A stretch of 64,000 nt of DNA, taken from Eledone cirrhosa. Lineage: Eukaryota. The position numbers were made by a program, and so were the translations under genes. The stretch spans positions 31,434,001 through 31,498,000 of the forward strand of contig OZ024743.1 of the NCBI GenBank assembly GCA_964016885.1, in the 5' to 3' direction. Below the pieces are notes generated by a model. The model worked only from the letters and a program-made list of their open reading frames with translations, was not told where the DNA came from and searched no databases. Numbering within the stretch: position 1 is the first letter of the stretch; each line of letters opens with the position of its first letter. Positions 29,211-43,149 of this stretch are shown here, piece after piece.

Positions 29211-29400
29211 GCGGTGAATTGGCAGTATCGATAGAGGGTCGGACGCCATGCTTTGACGCAAAGTGTTACGGCTCTTTCCATTCTGAGTTCAAATCCCGCC
29301 GAGGTTAACTTTGCCTTTCATCCTTACGGGGTCGATAAAATAAAGTACCAGCAATACATTGGGTAATTTGCTGGCCTTGGGCCAAAAGTAGAAACAATTA
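29211..29400 (+). mobile_element. SINE
   Basis: Full-length match to the SINE family. Confidence 0.85.
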
Positions 29401-30384
29401 TTATATACGTCTATGAGTATGTGTATGGGGGATGGGTGTGTGCGTGTGTGTGTGTGCGTTTGTGTATGTGTGTGTATATGTGCATGTGCGTGTGTGGGTG
29501 TGTGTGTATCTGGTTCTGTGCCTGTGTGTGTCTGTATGTGTGTATATATCCCTACATATAGCAAGTGGGCTTTGGAATAACTTCAAGCACAAGTCTGTCT
29601 TCTTTTCAATCCATTATAGTGCATTACAAATGGACTGCCTAATGCATGTCGTTGATTGCGTCATGTTAATATTACGTAACTATTTCGGCGCAAAATAACT
29701 TGCAGAAAAACGTAATTAAAAGGTTATGAAACCTGGCCTTCTTATTATATTATTAATGTATTTAACACTGTCCTGTTCTACATATGCGATGCCATATGGA
29801 ACTTGGTAGAATACACATGACGTCGAGTATTTTTGCCGTCTTTTTCCAAAATTTACTGATTGGAGTGACACACTCATTCCCAGCTACCAATTAGGAAACA
29901 CCCTATGATAAAAAATATGTATATATAATATGCAATAAATTAATATTTTGAAATGTAATATACACGTTATTTATATAAATGCATCAATTTACCTTCGCTC
30001 TGAAAAGTAATCTAAGCGGTTACACCCCTGGTCCATAATCACCGAATCGTACCTGTAATTTATATGCACCACAAATCAATATAAGCTAATAAATTCAGTC
30101 GAGCATGTAGACAGAAGATGGGTTGTACTTATCTGCTGGGAGCATGATAAGACTCGAAACTTTTTATGCCTATCCCAGCGAAAATGCAGGAACTGTGTTG
30201 TAGATAAATTAATTTAAACTGAGTCTGTGATTGTATATATACAAATATTTAACGTATATATCAACATATCCCTGAATCGTGTGTCGGGTGTGGTGAAATA
30301 ATTTGTATGGTTATATATATTTTTTATTCGAATTTACTCCTGTTTCATTTTTCACATCTTTCATTACATGTCATATTAACCGCC

Positions 30385-30388
<4 letters not shown>

Positions 30389-30476
<88 letters not shown>

Positions 30477-30544
30477 TCTCTCTCTCTCTCTTAATCTCTC
30501 TCTATTAATATCTCTATATCCCCCTCTGTCAGTCTCTCCCCCCC

Positions 30545-30627
<83 letters not shown>

Positions 30628-30890
30628 TCTCTCTCTCTCTCTCTGGTTGTCTACCTGTATCTTTCGCAAACGTAATGGACCTTGCTGTCTCTTTTTGGAT
30701 GCTTGAGTGGTTCTCTTTCTCCCCCTTTTGGTCAATCACTGCCGCCCTCTCTCTCTCTAGCTCTCGGTTGGTCTGACTGGTTGTATGTCTCTCTCTAGCT
30801 CTCTCTCGGTTGGTCTGACTGGTTGTATGTCTCTCTCTCTCTCGCACTCTCACTCTCTCGGTTGGTCTGACTGGTTGTATGTCTCTCTCT

Positions 30891-30957
<67 letters not shown>

Positions 30958-31011
30958 ACTCTCTCGGTTGGTCTGACTGTTGTATGTCTGTCTGTCTCAC
31001 TCTCCCTATAC

Positions 31012-31049
<38 letters not shown>

Positions 31050-31050
31050 A
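30389..31050. repeat. (CT)n/(CTAT)n microsatellite with an embedded minisatellite
   Basis: Four copies of CTCTCGGTTGGTCTGACTG(G)TTGTATGTCT within ~30761-30990. Confidence 0.9.
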
Positions 31051-32910
31051 TATAATAGATATCTATCTGTATCTCTCTCCCAGCACAATTTTATTTCTGA
31101 ATGCTAGATGTATTTTAAATTGAGAAATGTTATATTGATGAAGAATCCAGAACGGCCTTTCCAACTGCTACTCCATCTTCAGTAACATTCATTTATGATC
31201 AATATTTGCAAAAATGGATCGTACACTAGATTCAAAAGAAAATTGTATCGCAGTAAGTGTTGTTTGAGAATGTATTAACACAAACACCTGTCACTGTTCA
31301 ATGGATCTAACCGAAAAGCAATATCAAGTAGATATCAGAAAGCATTTATCGAATGGAACGCATTTTATATTTAAATTCAGACGTCAAACATAGATAAACA
31401 CGTTTGTTAAAGTATCGTAAAATTTTGAAGTAAATTCACTTCAGAGACATATGTAACTATTTTCCAATGTGACTTGATTGATTATATTAAAAGTAATCAC
31501 TAATACTGTTTTGGTTTCTTTACTCATTTTTACTGAAGAATTAGCAATGTCTCAGTATGATAGTATGCAACAATTATATTTGTGTTGTATAGAATTTGAC
31601 GTCTAAAGACAGCTATTTCTTAATCTCTAGATTTTGTTTTGTATTTCTGTTACCTTTTCACTATAATGTTTTTCTTTAGTACATAGAAGTAATTCCTATT
31701 CAAGGAGAAATATCAATAAAAGCATGACGTGAAATATGTTAGTAGGCTTCACGAGAGCAACCATGTGAATAATACTGATTTTATTTCAAATAACAGTATT
31801 GTGTGTCCAAATGTGTGCTAAACCAAAAGAAACATAATGTAAGGAAATGATTTTGAGTATATATGTCATTCTAACATTCATATGTCTGACTTCAGTGAAA
31901 TAAAGGCTTGTGATTTATTAGTCGGTCTAATGCGCAGTCAATTGTTATAGTATAATACTTTATCACGAAATTCAGTTGGAGAGAACTCAATATTCTAGAG
32001 ACTCGTCTTAGCTTATCACATTCTGTTACGTTATTTGTGATTAATGAAATGTACTATATGAAAATATTCATCCCATTTCCAATTTAAACTTCTTCTTCTC
32101 AACTCGCTTCTTTTTAAACAATATTTATACATTTTGAAATTTAGCAATATTATGAATGGTTTTAACGAAAGTGTTTGTATTTATAGTGAATAATTAATAC
32201 AAATACATCTTTGAACTTTATGTTGTTCTTGAGTGTGTACTCTGGAGGAGATATATGAATATACATAAGTAGATATATTATGATAATGTCCTGCATTTCT
32301 GTGGTTTGTAGATTCTTTTCTCTGCAACATAAAGACTAGTGTATTCACCACTAAGCTTTCCTGACCTTCTGGAACTGTAATCGTATCTCCTTTATGTTAG
32401 ACCCTACCTCATTAATATATGACATATAGAATAACCTCTCTGCTAGTATAGATGATTTCATTACGAGGTATAAACAGTGGTAGAATCCACCCTATGTGAT
32501 ACAGGCAGAAGCCTGAGGAATATGTCATCAGGGAACAACTATTAGATTTGTAGATGAAAATGTTGCTAATTCAAAACCGAAATTCTTTGTTATCCAAGCA
32601 TTTCCCTAGGTATTGAATTAACAGACCAAATGAATAGATAAATAACCGGTGCTTATTTTATTGAACATGTTAACATTCAGTGTTGTTTGGACACGGAGGT
32701 TCACTGAACTAAATTAAATATTGATTTCTATTATTAGCCTAATACCTTACGAAGTATACAATTAATTTAATCTACTTATGTCATGAAACGAAAGTGATAA
32801 GTTAATGTTATAGTGCGTTGAACTCTGGTATGTTGTTCAACAATCAAATCAAGTTTTAATTAATTCCCGCTTAGCCCCTTTCGTTTCACTTGTTGACATA
32901 TTTTCGAGAG

Positions 32911-33234
32911 AGGTGTGGACTGGCATTATCGGATCTGAGTTCAAATCCTGCCGAGGTTAACTTTGCCTTTCATCCTTACGGGTTCGATAAAATAAAGTAC
33001 CACTAATGCACTGGGTAATTGCTGGCCCTGTGCCAAAAGTAGAAACAATTATCGGTAGTACATCGGACACCATGCATTATGGCATAGAGTTCAAATACCG
33101 CTGATGTTAGGTTTGCCTTTCATCCTTCTGGGCTCGATAAATTAAAGTACCAGTAATGCACTGGGTTTGATTTAATCGATTTTCCTCCCCCGACAAAAAG
33201 CAGTATTGGCGTTGTGCCTAAATCTAAAATCATT
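32911..33234 (+). mobile_element. Two tandem SINE copies (32911-33051, 33051-33234)
   Basis: Two B-box/core/tail sets, both internally deleted. Confidence 0.8.
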
Positions 33235-33583
33235 ATATTTCCGAGACAAAATCAAGGCGAAAATAATCAGATTGCCATGAAGTTTCATAACATGTATTCT
33301 CTTTATCCGTTTTCTAGTTTGTGTATATCATATTTGACACGAAAGCAACTCATTTTTGTGAGAGAAGTATCATATAATTGCGTAAGATGTCGCGAATACC
33401 TGATTAAAACATTCAGGTTAATGTAAAATGTACTCTTGATTCCGGCAATAGTTCGTCTCAGAAGACATAAAGCAATATTATATGTTATATGACGTATTAT
33501 AGTATATGTTATATTATATGTTATATGTTATATTATATGTTATATGTTATATGTTATATTATATTATATGTTATATGTTATAA

Positions 33584-33775
33584 GGGCGGTGTATTGGCAG
33601 TATCGGTAGAGGGTCAGACGCCATGCTTTTCAGCAAAGAGTTACGGCCCTTTATAGCCTGAGTTCAAATCCCGCCGAGGTTAACTTTGCCTTTCATCCCT
33701 ACGGGGTCGATAAAATAAAGTAACAGTAATACACTGGGATAATTGTTGGCCTTGTGCCAAAAGTAGAAACAATTA
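33584..33775 (+). mobile_element. SINE
   Basis: Full-length GGGCGGTGTATTGGCAGTATCGG...GTAGAAACAATTA. Confidence 0.88.
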
Positions 33776-34070
33776 TGTTATATGACGTCATATTGATTCT
33801 CCGACACCTCTGTTGTGGAATAAATGATTCATGGCGCATTAGTATAAGATGTAAGACGTGTAAGTGGATGTTCGATAAGTAAATTGATCTACCAGTGTTA
33901 TCAAGACGAATTGCATCTAATATATACATATATATATATGCAAAAGTTCTATTTAAAATTGTTGGGATACAACAAGTAAATATTTTATAACTGATATAAA
34001 GCACTCGACAAGTTTTTGGAGTAGATATACGATATTAAATACATGGAAACTATATTTATAAAACCATATT

Positions 34071-34135
34071 TATTTCATTATACATATTTCAGGGATACCA
34101 AATTAAAATATGGTATGCCTTCATCAGACAAAATA
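34071..34135 (-). ncRNA. Type I hammerhead ribozyme
   Basis: Reverse complement of 34294-34358. Confidence 0.78.
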
Positions 34136-34293
34136 GAATATATAAACAATTTTATAAATAATTTTGACGTACCCTATTAGATGCGACCATTAATTTTGGA
34201 AGCTGTCTGGATAGTCATCCAGACAGCTTCCAAAATTAATAGTCGCATCTAATAGGGTACGTCAAAATTATTTATAAAACTGTTTATATATTG

Positions 34294-34358
34294 TATTTTG
34301 TCTGATGAAGGCATACCATATTTTAATTTGGTATCCCTGAAATATGTATAATGAAATA
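34294..34358 (+). ncRNA. Type I hammerhead ribozyme
   Basis: TATTTTGT-CTGATGA(34302)-AGGCATACCA/TGGTATCCCT-GAAA(34339)-TATGTA-TA-ATGAAATA. Confidence 0.8.
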
Positions 34359-34398
34359 AATATGGTTTTATAAATATAGTTTCCATTTATTTAATATC

Positions 34399-34440
<42 letters not shown>

Positions 34441-35299
34441 AGTAGAATAGATGATATGTTTAATTCATTCAAAATTAAACATCGATTATTAACATTCATG
34501 CATATCAAATTTACATTCAGTATTATTATACTGTATCATTTAATGTTAATGTTAATCACCACATGGAAAAACGTTTAATTCCCCTTCACTTTCCAATTAG
34601 GAATTAGTTACGTCGATGTCAACTCAAAATATAGCAGGATCACCTACAAATTAAGGACATTTCAATTGCAAAATAGTTACTACTGAATGTATTGTACACT
34701 TCATATGAATACCATTATAGTTGTGGAATTGTAATGGATATTTCGAGTTTTATTAGTTGACCCTTTGAAATACAATATATAAGGAGAATATTCATCGCTA
34801 ATATATGAAGGAATAGTGTTATGTATACTATCTTAAATGTATTATAGGTTACACCGATATCAAACGGTATTCAATGAGATGCTGATTAGAGTAAAAGTAT
34901 TTCATATATCCGTTAGAAATGGTTACCTATATAAGCTCTAGCTATTGCAATTACACTTACATCGTATAGGGATTTCTGAAGTATGGAGAAACCTAACACA
35001 ACGGATCATCAGCGAAAGGACGTTTAGACATATACAATCGATATTTTATTTATGAGATCCTGATTGAGTTCTCATGAAAGTGTTAGTCTCACATAGTATC
35101 ATAGGTTGTTCCCCCACAGGTGTTTTATTATATAACTACTGTTATGTTTCCAAATATTTTACATCAAACAGATGAATTTAACGACATCATATAATTGCGT
35201 TTAACCTATATTACTAGATTTATATAAATTCTCCAAACACATCCATGAAAACTTAGAATTGAATAATTCTATCCGTGCAATATTTGCAGAATTCAATGG

Positions 35300-38200
35300 C
35301 ATTACAATATCGAGACACCGATTGGAAACCTACAATGAAAAAATGATTACTGTATAATCATGTATTTCATACAAATTTTGCCACATTTGATCAAAGATTC
35401 TACGTTGATAATCATAAGAATATTTACATGTCTCCTATTTTATTTAAGATCTAATAATAAGGTCTGTTTCATCTGTTTGACATCAAACCTTTTCGATTCT
35501 CCCTCATATTACGTTAAAGACGATATTTTCAACGAATTCGAAGCAGCTTGCTTTTCACATGACAATGCTAGCAGTCTCTCAAATTCCTCCAATAATTTTA
35601 TGCGTTTTCTTCTCCTGTATTCATTTATTCATTCTGACTGACTTTCTTTATGCAATAGACTTCTATTTGAAATGTATCAATGTCTCATCTTTTTATCAGA
35701 TATATTTCGAATGATTGGAAATTAATTCAGCTAGATTAAATAGATTCTTCTGTCTGGAGCAAATACACATCATTTAAATGAAAATGAGAAATATGCAAAT
35801 AAATAACTAAAAGATAATCAATGCAAAAACGAGAATATGTGATTAAAAATTCGCCTGTACAAGCATTTGCATAATAATTGGTTATTAAATTGATGTTTAC
35901 GAGATATTTCAATATTTCAAATGTGGACAAACATAAAATTAAATGTGCTTATGAAATAATATGGTGTATTACTTAGGTTTTACATGCAACCATACAGTAA
36001 TTGTATATGTTAAATGATGCAGACATGCTGTCTACACATATATTATCATAAATTATTTACTATATGCCTCACATTATGAGGTGAGTGTAATTTTCTCATG
36101 GTCCATGGTAGTGTAACAATATGTTCAACAGTTTCTCTAATGTTAAGCAGAAAAAGTGAAGAGTGTCTTTAAAGACAAGAAAGCATTCTTATAATTAGAT
36201 TCATTTATATTAAGATTAAAGAAGCGTGTCAACTGATAGAGCAACCATTGCAGTGCAGGTTAATGCCGGAATTCTTCTTTCCTATGATCCGCACCAATGT
36301 GTTCACGCATTTGATAGTTTTGACGAATGAGCCCATATCGTTCCAAATATCCTAATCGTCGACCATCCTATATTGCATGAGAATAACCAAGCAAAATGAT
36401 TGCTTGCGTTATATGTTTCTAATATTATGCATCATTGGTTTTCTGTCAACGTATATGTAGCGTGAACAATATGGATCAGTTTGATCAACAAACTAACAAA
36501 TGTAAACCATTCTTTTCAGTAGATTAATAAACTTTCAAGACACTGATATCAGTCCGCTATCATTTTCCCCACAAACGGTGTTCATATATAATTTAATTTT
36601 ACTTCTCAACGAAGGTGCAATATCCGCCCGCTCAAGCATCACAACCTCATATTTTTGTATAGCATTTATGTGCAAACAGCGAGAAAACGAAGCTGTATTT
36701 TATATTACTGCACAGTGAATGTTCAAAATATACCACCGTTGAATGTGTTACAGGTAGAAGAGATCAAAATAAGAGAATGTCAATCAGAGTAACTTGTCAA
36801 TAGTAAATGGATAAAATGCATTGCTCGTATTTTCTCTGAATTGCATTATCCTCCACAGATCCAAATGTGCGATGCTATGTCGAATTACTGTCGCATCCCT
36901 GCAATGTCGAATTACTGTCGCATACTCTTAAACAGTTGCGAACACTTCCGAATAGAATTGATGTTATTCTAAATGAGAATACGATCAGCACTGATGCAAA
37001 GATTATGCTCTAAGGATTGTCTACTATACCTAGCAAGATATTTCAATAAAAACATCGTTATGCTTGTCATTCTTAATGTGTTGTCCGCATAGCTCTGCTT
37101 ACTGTCCATCGATTCAACGCTGTCAACACTTCGCTCTATTAACTATTTCGACCATTGCACTGGTGTGCTCGAAGTCGTGTCATATGCAGTATATATAATA
37201 CAAATCCACAAACGAGCTTAACATAGATGAAATACGACATCATTATTGTCACATAGCAAGTTTGGCGATGGGACATTGCTTATTTTTGGTAATGACATTT
37301 CGGACTTTTGCACGCAATTATATACAAATCTCTTCCACAGCTTCCGATCTACAGCGTATTCTTCTAGAACATCTACAGGAATTGCAGTCGTCTGTGTGGA
37401 TGTGCTTCAATTGGAGATTCTGTTGTTGTCGAGAACCTTCCTTTAGATTGCCATAAGTCACTATCCTTAGCAGTCAAACTCATGCATACTGAATACGAGA
37501 CTGGTCCAGTAGATAATACATATCACGGCCATTGCTTGAATGCTAATGGATTATGAACATCTCATGCTTTTATTGAGGAATTTTGACGCGTGTAATTTCA
37601 GTGATACCACAGCAGATATCGAACCTATAACAGTTCCAATGTACTGAACGTAGTTACGACGTAGATTTCGTCACCTAAGAATGGTTAAGTTGATTGTACG
37701 TGGTTGATAATTTCTCACATCGATCTGCCCATCGATATAGTATCTGTATTACCCATCAAGTGTGCGTAGGTGTGGTAAAGGCCCTTTGGCTGGGTTAAAA
37801 ATACACTAAAAGATCAGATACTTCGCATAAAATGTGTGTCCATCACCAAATCCCTGAGTTCATGTCATTTTGCATTCCATACGGAGTTTTGAGTTGATCA
37901 CGCCCTACTATGTGTTTTATGACACATCTATATAGAAAGGATTTGGTTCTATAAGGCTAGCGCTTAAGGCCAGAGGCAGTTCAGTATGAACAGACTCAAA
38001 CCTGTTTGGGTTCTTTATTTTAGAGTTACAAATAACAGTGAGATCCTTGTATCTGCTGTTTCATCTTTCTGGCTGTGGGTGCAACCCTATAAGCACCATA
38101 AAGACAAGATTGAAATTTAGTCCGTTACCTCAAATCTGTTTGGATGATTACTGAAGTGTTGGTATATGAGTTATGATATAGAAGTTGAAGCACACAAGAC

Positions 38201-39600
38201 TCTCTCCATGCCTCTGCACTTCTCATATCTCTTGTGAGAGAAACATCTCAAAGATCAAGGATGTGAACCATAACAAAATACATGAGATACTGATGTTTTC
38301 ACTGTGAGTAATTCCGTGTCCTTTGTTCTGTTTTGTTGGACGTTAAAACATCCGGGTAGTAACAATGATTTGATGAAGTGATAGCCTGACCAACACCTCT
38401 GTCCTTATCTTGTGTTATCCTATTCCGGACAAAAGTTTAGACATATGTAATCTCCTCAAGAGACACTTCCTCAATGAAACGAGGCACACTAACTGCACAT
38501 ATGTCAATCCTATTGCGATGAAGCTCACTTGGGTAACGTTATGCTTAAAGTAGAGGCCAGTCTGTATCAATTAGGTTGCGATCATAATATGCACCATGAA
38601 AGCAAGCATTATATTATTGTTTAAATGCTTTTGTTTGTTATATGTCCTACCGTTCAGAATGGGCGAATCGTTCAGTGCATTTTCCTGACCTATTACAAAA
38701 TAGAGTGAGCTCTCTTTGGGAGGCTCTTTTATTCTTGCCCCCATCCACGTTTGGGTACACAGCTTAGCATAGGCAATGCTGTTCCTAAATAAATCAGCAG
38801 GACACAAGAGGAATACTTGCCACAAAGGGTATACCTCGAAACGGCCATTACACTGAACCCAACAGACGTGCAATTTCCATGCTAGTAATATTCCTCGGAA
38901 TCCTTGATTGTTTTCAACAAACACTGCTAATAGACATAGTACGTTGGATATAAAGGCTAAAAACAAAGCCTGAACACAACATTTTTTAGACTCGTGATAG
39001 TTGTTGGGCATTCCTCAATCGCACACATGACTGTCTGACTTGTCACAACGTGGAATGCAAAGACAACATGGTGGGCAGGAAGCTGTAGAGATACTGAGTC
39101 TCCGTAATTTAAATTCACCAATCATGCAACATCAATGAAGAAAATGTCAAAAGCCCGTCAAACGTGTTTGGAACTTATTCGATCCAACTTGACAGCCCTG
39201 GTCCAATGCATCCTGGGGTTACAATACTTATATTATACGATTGTTTATTCGACTGGCGCACGAGCTTACATCTCAAATGCCTATATATTCCCCAATTTTC
39301 CACAAAGCTGTTCACGGTGTATCTGTCGAAGAACAATCAGGAGATTCACTACATTGACGCTCGATCTAATATACATAGCAACAAGCTTTCGCCTTGATCA
39401 CAGTAATCATCGAAACTTGCACGCACTTTGGATTTTCTTCCATCAAGGTCAATAAAAATATTCAGATCTTACAAAGAAGTTTTTGCGTTCATATAAGAAA
39501 TGTAAATTTGAACAATATCATTCTATTAAAGGGGGACAATATAGTTAATTGTATCCAACCCAGTATTCTATTAATTCTATAAATAATACAAATACAGTAA
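35300..39600 (-). pseudogene. Decayed long coding region; putative endogenous viral element with cap 2'-O-methyltransferase-like motifs
   Basis: Microsatellite-free; protein-like minus-strand frames with scattered stops. Ordered motifs DQGESLLLCILD, TIV*Y...P.MHW, FDIFFIDV, LAFISNV, LCGKY, KLCTQTW..RELTLF resemble VP39-type MTases (by eye). Confidence 0.4.
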
Positions 39601-39879
39601 AGATTGTGGGTAGGTATGTAAAGAAATACCATAAGACCGCAAATTTGACGCTCAAGTTATGTTACTGCACTTGTTTGTCAAGACATAAATGGTCTTAAAA
39701 CAATATCCTCTACTTAAACAATGCTCATACAATAGTTTCTATGGCAACGTAAATAAAACAACTGTTTCTATGGTAATAGTAATATAATAATGGTGAATAT
39801 CGAATCAATAGTAAAACAATAATGCCTCTCGTAGTTATAGCGATACAAGCCATAGAATTTAAAATAAGGTGTTGTGTAG

Positions 39880-40260
39880 CCTCAGGTCAGTTTCCTTCTT
39901 CAAACGGGTGTATAGTTATGATTGAATAATTAGAGATATTTCAATATTGAATATTATGATTCTCTCTTTTTCATGATGGAATATTTGGGCACTTCGTTGG
40001 ATCTTGATTTTGTGGAAGGATTACTGAAGGATTACTATATCTGTGCTGTTTCGGTACATCTTTGCTAGCTCTCTGAAGTTTTCACTTATATTAGCCTTTG
40101 CATTGAAACATAAAGGGTGCTTAACCATGAGGTTTTAGATCAGTTTCGTGGGGAGTTGTTGGATATATCTTGGATCATATCTTTTAATCTGTTTTGTATA
40201 AGCCCTCATCTATAATAGTAAGTTATCTTAATAAATAAATATTAGAGATTGGGGATAATG
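39880..40260 (-). mobile_element. Very decayed PLE linker/endonuclease relic
   Basis: Fragments TSW../HPLCFNAKANISENFRELAK and SFSNPSTKSRSNEVPKY resemble IIWFAPPFSLNINTHIAKLFFKAL and SFTDPSKKSSTALS of PLE-1. Confidence 0.35.
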
Positions 40261-40849
40261 GAATAGTGCATGATTTATAACAGGGATTAGTTTTGTAACA
40301 ATTACAATCTACAATTAGATGAGAGGAATTTATGCTTATGTATTTTTGTTTAACATTTCGCCCTTCAAAGGATTTGTAATGTATTTTAGTTTAACATTTC
40401 ACCCATTAAAGGGTGTGTAGAAATCGATGGTTACACCTACGAGGTAATGCTGGCAGATGTCATTTAAATCATACGGAAGCATTTTGCTGGTTTGAGAGCT
40501 GATGAGGGTGAAGATGTGTGTGTCTGAATTGATCTTGTACATTGCGTTATTTTATTACCTTCTTCAAATCACTTCTATGCACTTAAAATGTATTCTTGTC
40601 CTCTTCCTCTTTCAATCTTCTTTTTTTATATTTGATCTACCTGTCACTCACCTCGTGGTGTATCTCTCCGTTAACCACTGGTCGCTTGTCTCAGTCTTCT
40701 AATGCATTTTCCCCATCGCGGTCTTTGAGAGTATTTGTTTCTTTTCACGGCTGTTCTAGCGATGAATTTTACCTTGTTATATATATTCAAATACACTCTC
40801 CCTTCATTTCTATCAGACACAACATTAGCTTTTCACACACACACACACA

Positions 40850-40945
<96 letters not shown>

Positions 40946-40958
40946 CATATATATATAT

Positions 40959-42434
40959 ACATGGAAAGTTATATTTAAATTGTTGGGTTACAACGAGTAA
41001 ATATTTATAACTGATATAAAAGCACTCAACAAGTATTTGGAGTATATTTACGATATTAAATAAATGGAAATTATATTTATAAAACCATATTTATTTCACT
41101 ATATATATTTCAGGGATATCATATTAAAAATATGCTATGCCTTCTTCAGACAAAATACAATATAGACAGTCTTATAAATAAATAGATTCGACATACCTTT
41201 CAACATCGACTTGCATTTGAAAAGTTGATTTGGCAGTAAAAATATTATGGACAGTTGTAAAAAGAAAGAAAGAAAGAAAGAAAGAAAAACGAAGAAAAAG
41301 AAGAAATGCATGCAACTAAGTAGAGAGAGATAGAAAGATAGAAAGATATATAAAGAGAAGAACTTCATGTAAAGAAACAGAGAGAGATATATAGAGAGAG
41401 GAAAAAATAGAGGGAGATAGATAGAGAGAGAGAGAGAGAAAAGAGAGAGAGAGAGAGAGAAAATATAGAGAGATAGATATAGATAGAGAAACTAGGTAGT
41501 TGAGCACCAGTTGAATGACGTATCAATGATACATTTATTTATTTATTTATTTATTTAGCTCTAGTATTAATGTAAAGAGAGATATATGTGGTTAGGAGAG
41601 AAAAAACAGCCGTTATATAGAGAGAAAAGAAAAATAACCAGACATAAACGAGGCAGATTTAAAAACACTATGTTTCATTAATGTAGAAATATTAGTTCGT
41701 ATAAAACAGGCATTATAATGTAAATATGAGTATTCATGAATGAGACACGTATCTATAATGTGTGAAAAATTAATGATCATATGTCTAGTTTAAAAAATTC
41801 ATATGTTTATATCAGAGTTGAGATAAAATAGAAGGTTATCCCGGATTCAAAACTATAAACATCGATGTGAATTTACGTGATCAGCTCTGCAAATTCCTAT
41901 ATCACACGAAAACATTCTCATTGTGCTATAAAAATTCTAGTATACATATATGTGTATATACACACATATATATATAGAGTCTATATTAATTTTAACAATA
42001 CTATTCTTGTCTTTACTCTATATGATTATCGATCAAGCAGAGATAGAGAACAGATTTCAATATATTAATAAATTAATAAAAATATCAGAAACAAAAAATA
42101 AATAAACAGAAAACTAAATATTAAAAATAAATATTAAAAATAAAAATATTAAAAATATTAAAAATAAAACATAGTATGCCCCGCAAATCTACCACAGAGA
42201 TCAACCCTTCAAAGTTAATTGACAATATATTGCCAAGTTCATTATAAGCATCAGAATCAAAACAAATAAAACCAAAAATTATTTACCAAATCCTGTCTAG
42301 CAGAAAACATTCCAAAAGTTTAGGATACCTATTTGGTCTACAGATGTTCTTATATTTAATATAGAAGTTTATCTAGTGTAAAATTTATTCGATATATTTG
42401 GAGCATCAGCTTTTAGGGTAGTGTAATTATTCAT

Positions 42435-42435
<1 letters not shown>
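40959..42435 (-). mobile_element. Solo 3' UTR/pseudo-LTR of the PLE-1 family
   Basis: Diverged reverse complement of ~14545-15978, including the HHR; flanked by (CA)n/(TA)n. Confidence 0.85.
41092..41157 (-). ncRNA. Type I hammerhead ribozyme
   Basis: TATTTTGT-CTGAAGA-AGGCATAGCATATTT../..ATATGATATCCCT-GAAA-TATATA-TA-GTGAAATA. Confidence 0.75.
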
Positions 42436-42515
<80 letters not shown>

Positions 42516-42634
42516 TTATATATATATATATATACTTATATATATATATATACTTATATATATATATACTTATATATATATATATATATACTTATATATA
42601 TATATATATACTTATATATATATATATATATATA

Positions 42635-42681
<47 letters not shown>

Positions 42682-43026
42682 TTATATATATATATATATA
42701 TATATATATACTTATATATATATATATATATATACTTATATATATATATATACTTATATATATATATATATACTTATATATATATATATATATATACTTA
42801 TATATATATATATACTTATATATATATATATATACTTATATATATATATATACTTATATATATATATATATACTTATATATATATATATATATATACTTA
42901 TATATATATATATATATACTTATATATATATATATATATATATATACTTATATATATATATACTTATATATATATATATATACTTATATATATATATACT
43001 TATATATATATATATATATATATATA

Positions 43027-43064
<38 letters not shown>

Positions 43065-43128
43065 TATATATATATAAGTATATATATATATATATAAGTA
43101 TATATATATAAGTATATATATATATATA
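42436..43128. repeat. (TA)n array with TACTTA units that invert to TAAGTA near 43045
   Basis: Seen directly. Confidence 0.9.
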
Positions 43129-43149
43129 AAAATATTTCTGAGCCGTGTA

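Larger units (their letters stand above)
33937..34399. mobile_element. Palindromic fold-back of the PLE-1-family 3' end
   Basis: Arms 34031-34212/34217-34398 with loop AGTC; homologous to ~15740-15975. Confidence 0.85.

Noticed and set aside
30761-30990. CRISPR-like repeat-spacer array
   Set aside because: Spacers are CT microsatellite, the context is eukaryotic, and there are no cas genes.
38729-38750. RGWG as a flavivirus fusion loop
   Set aside because: It lacks the following NGCGLFG and overlaps better-supported methyltransferase-like motifs in other frames.
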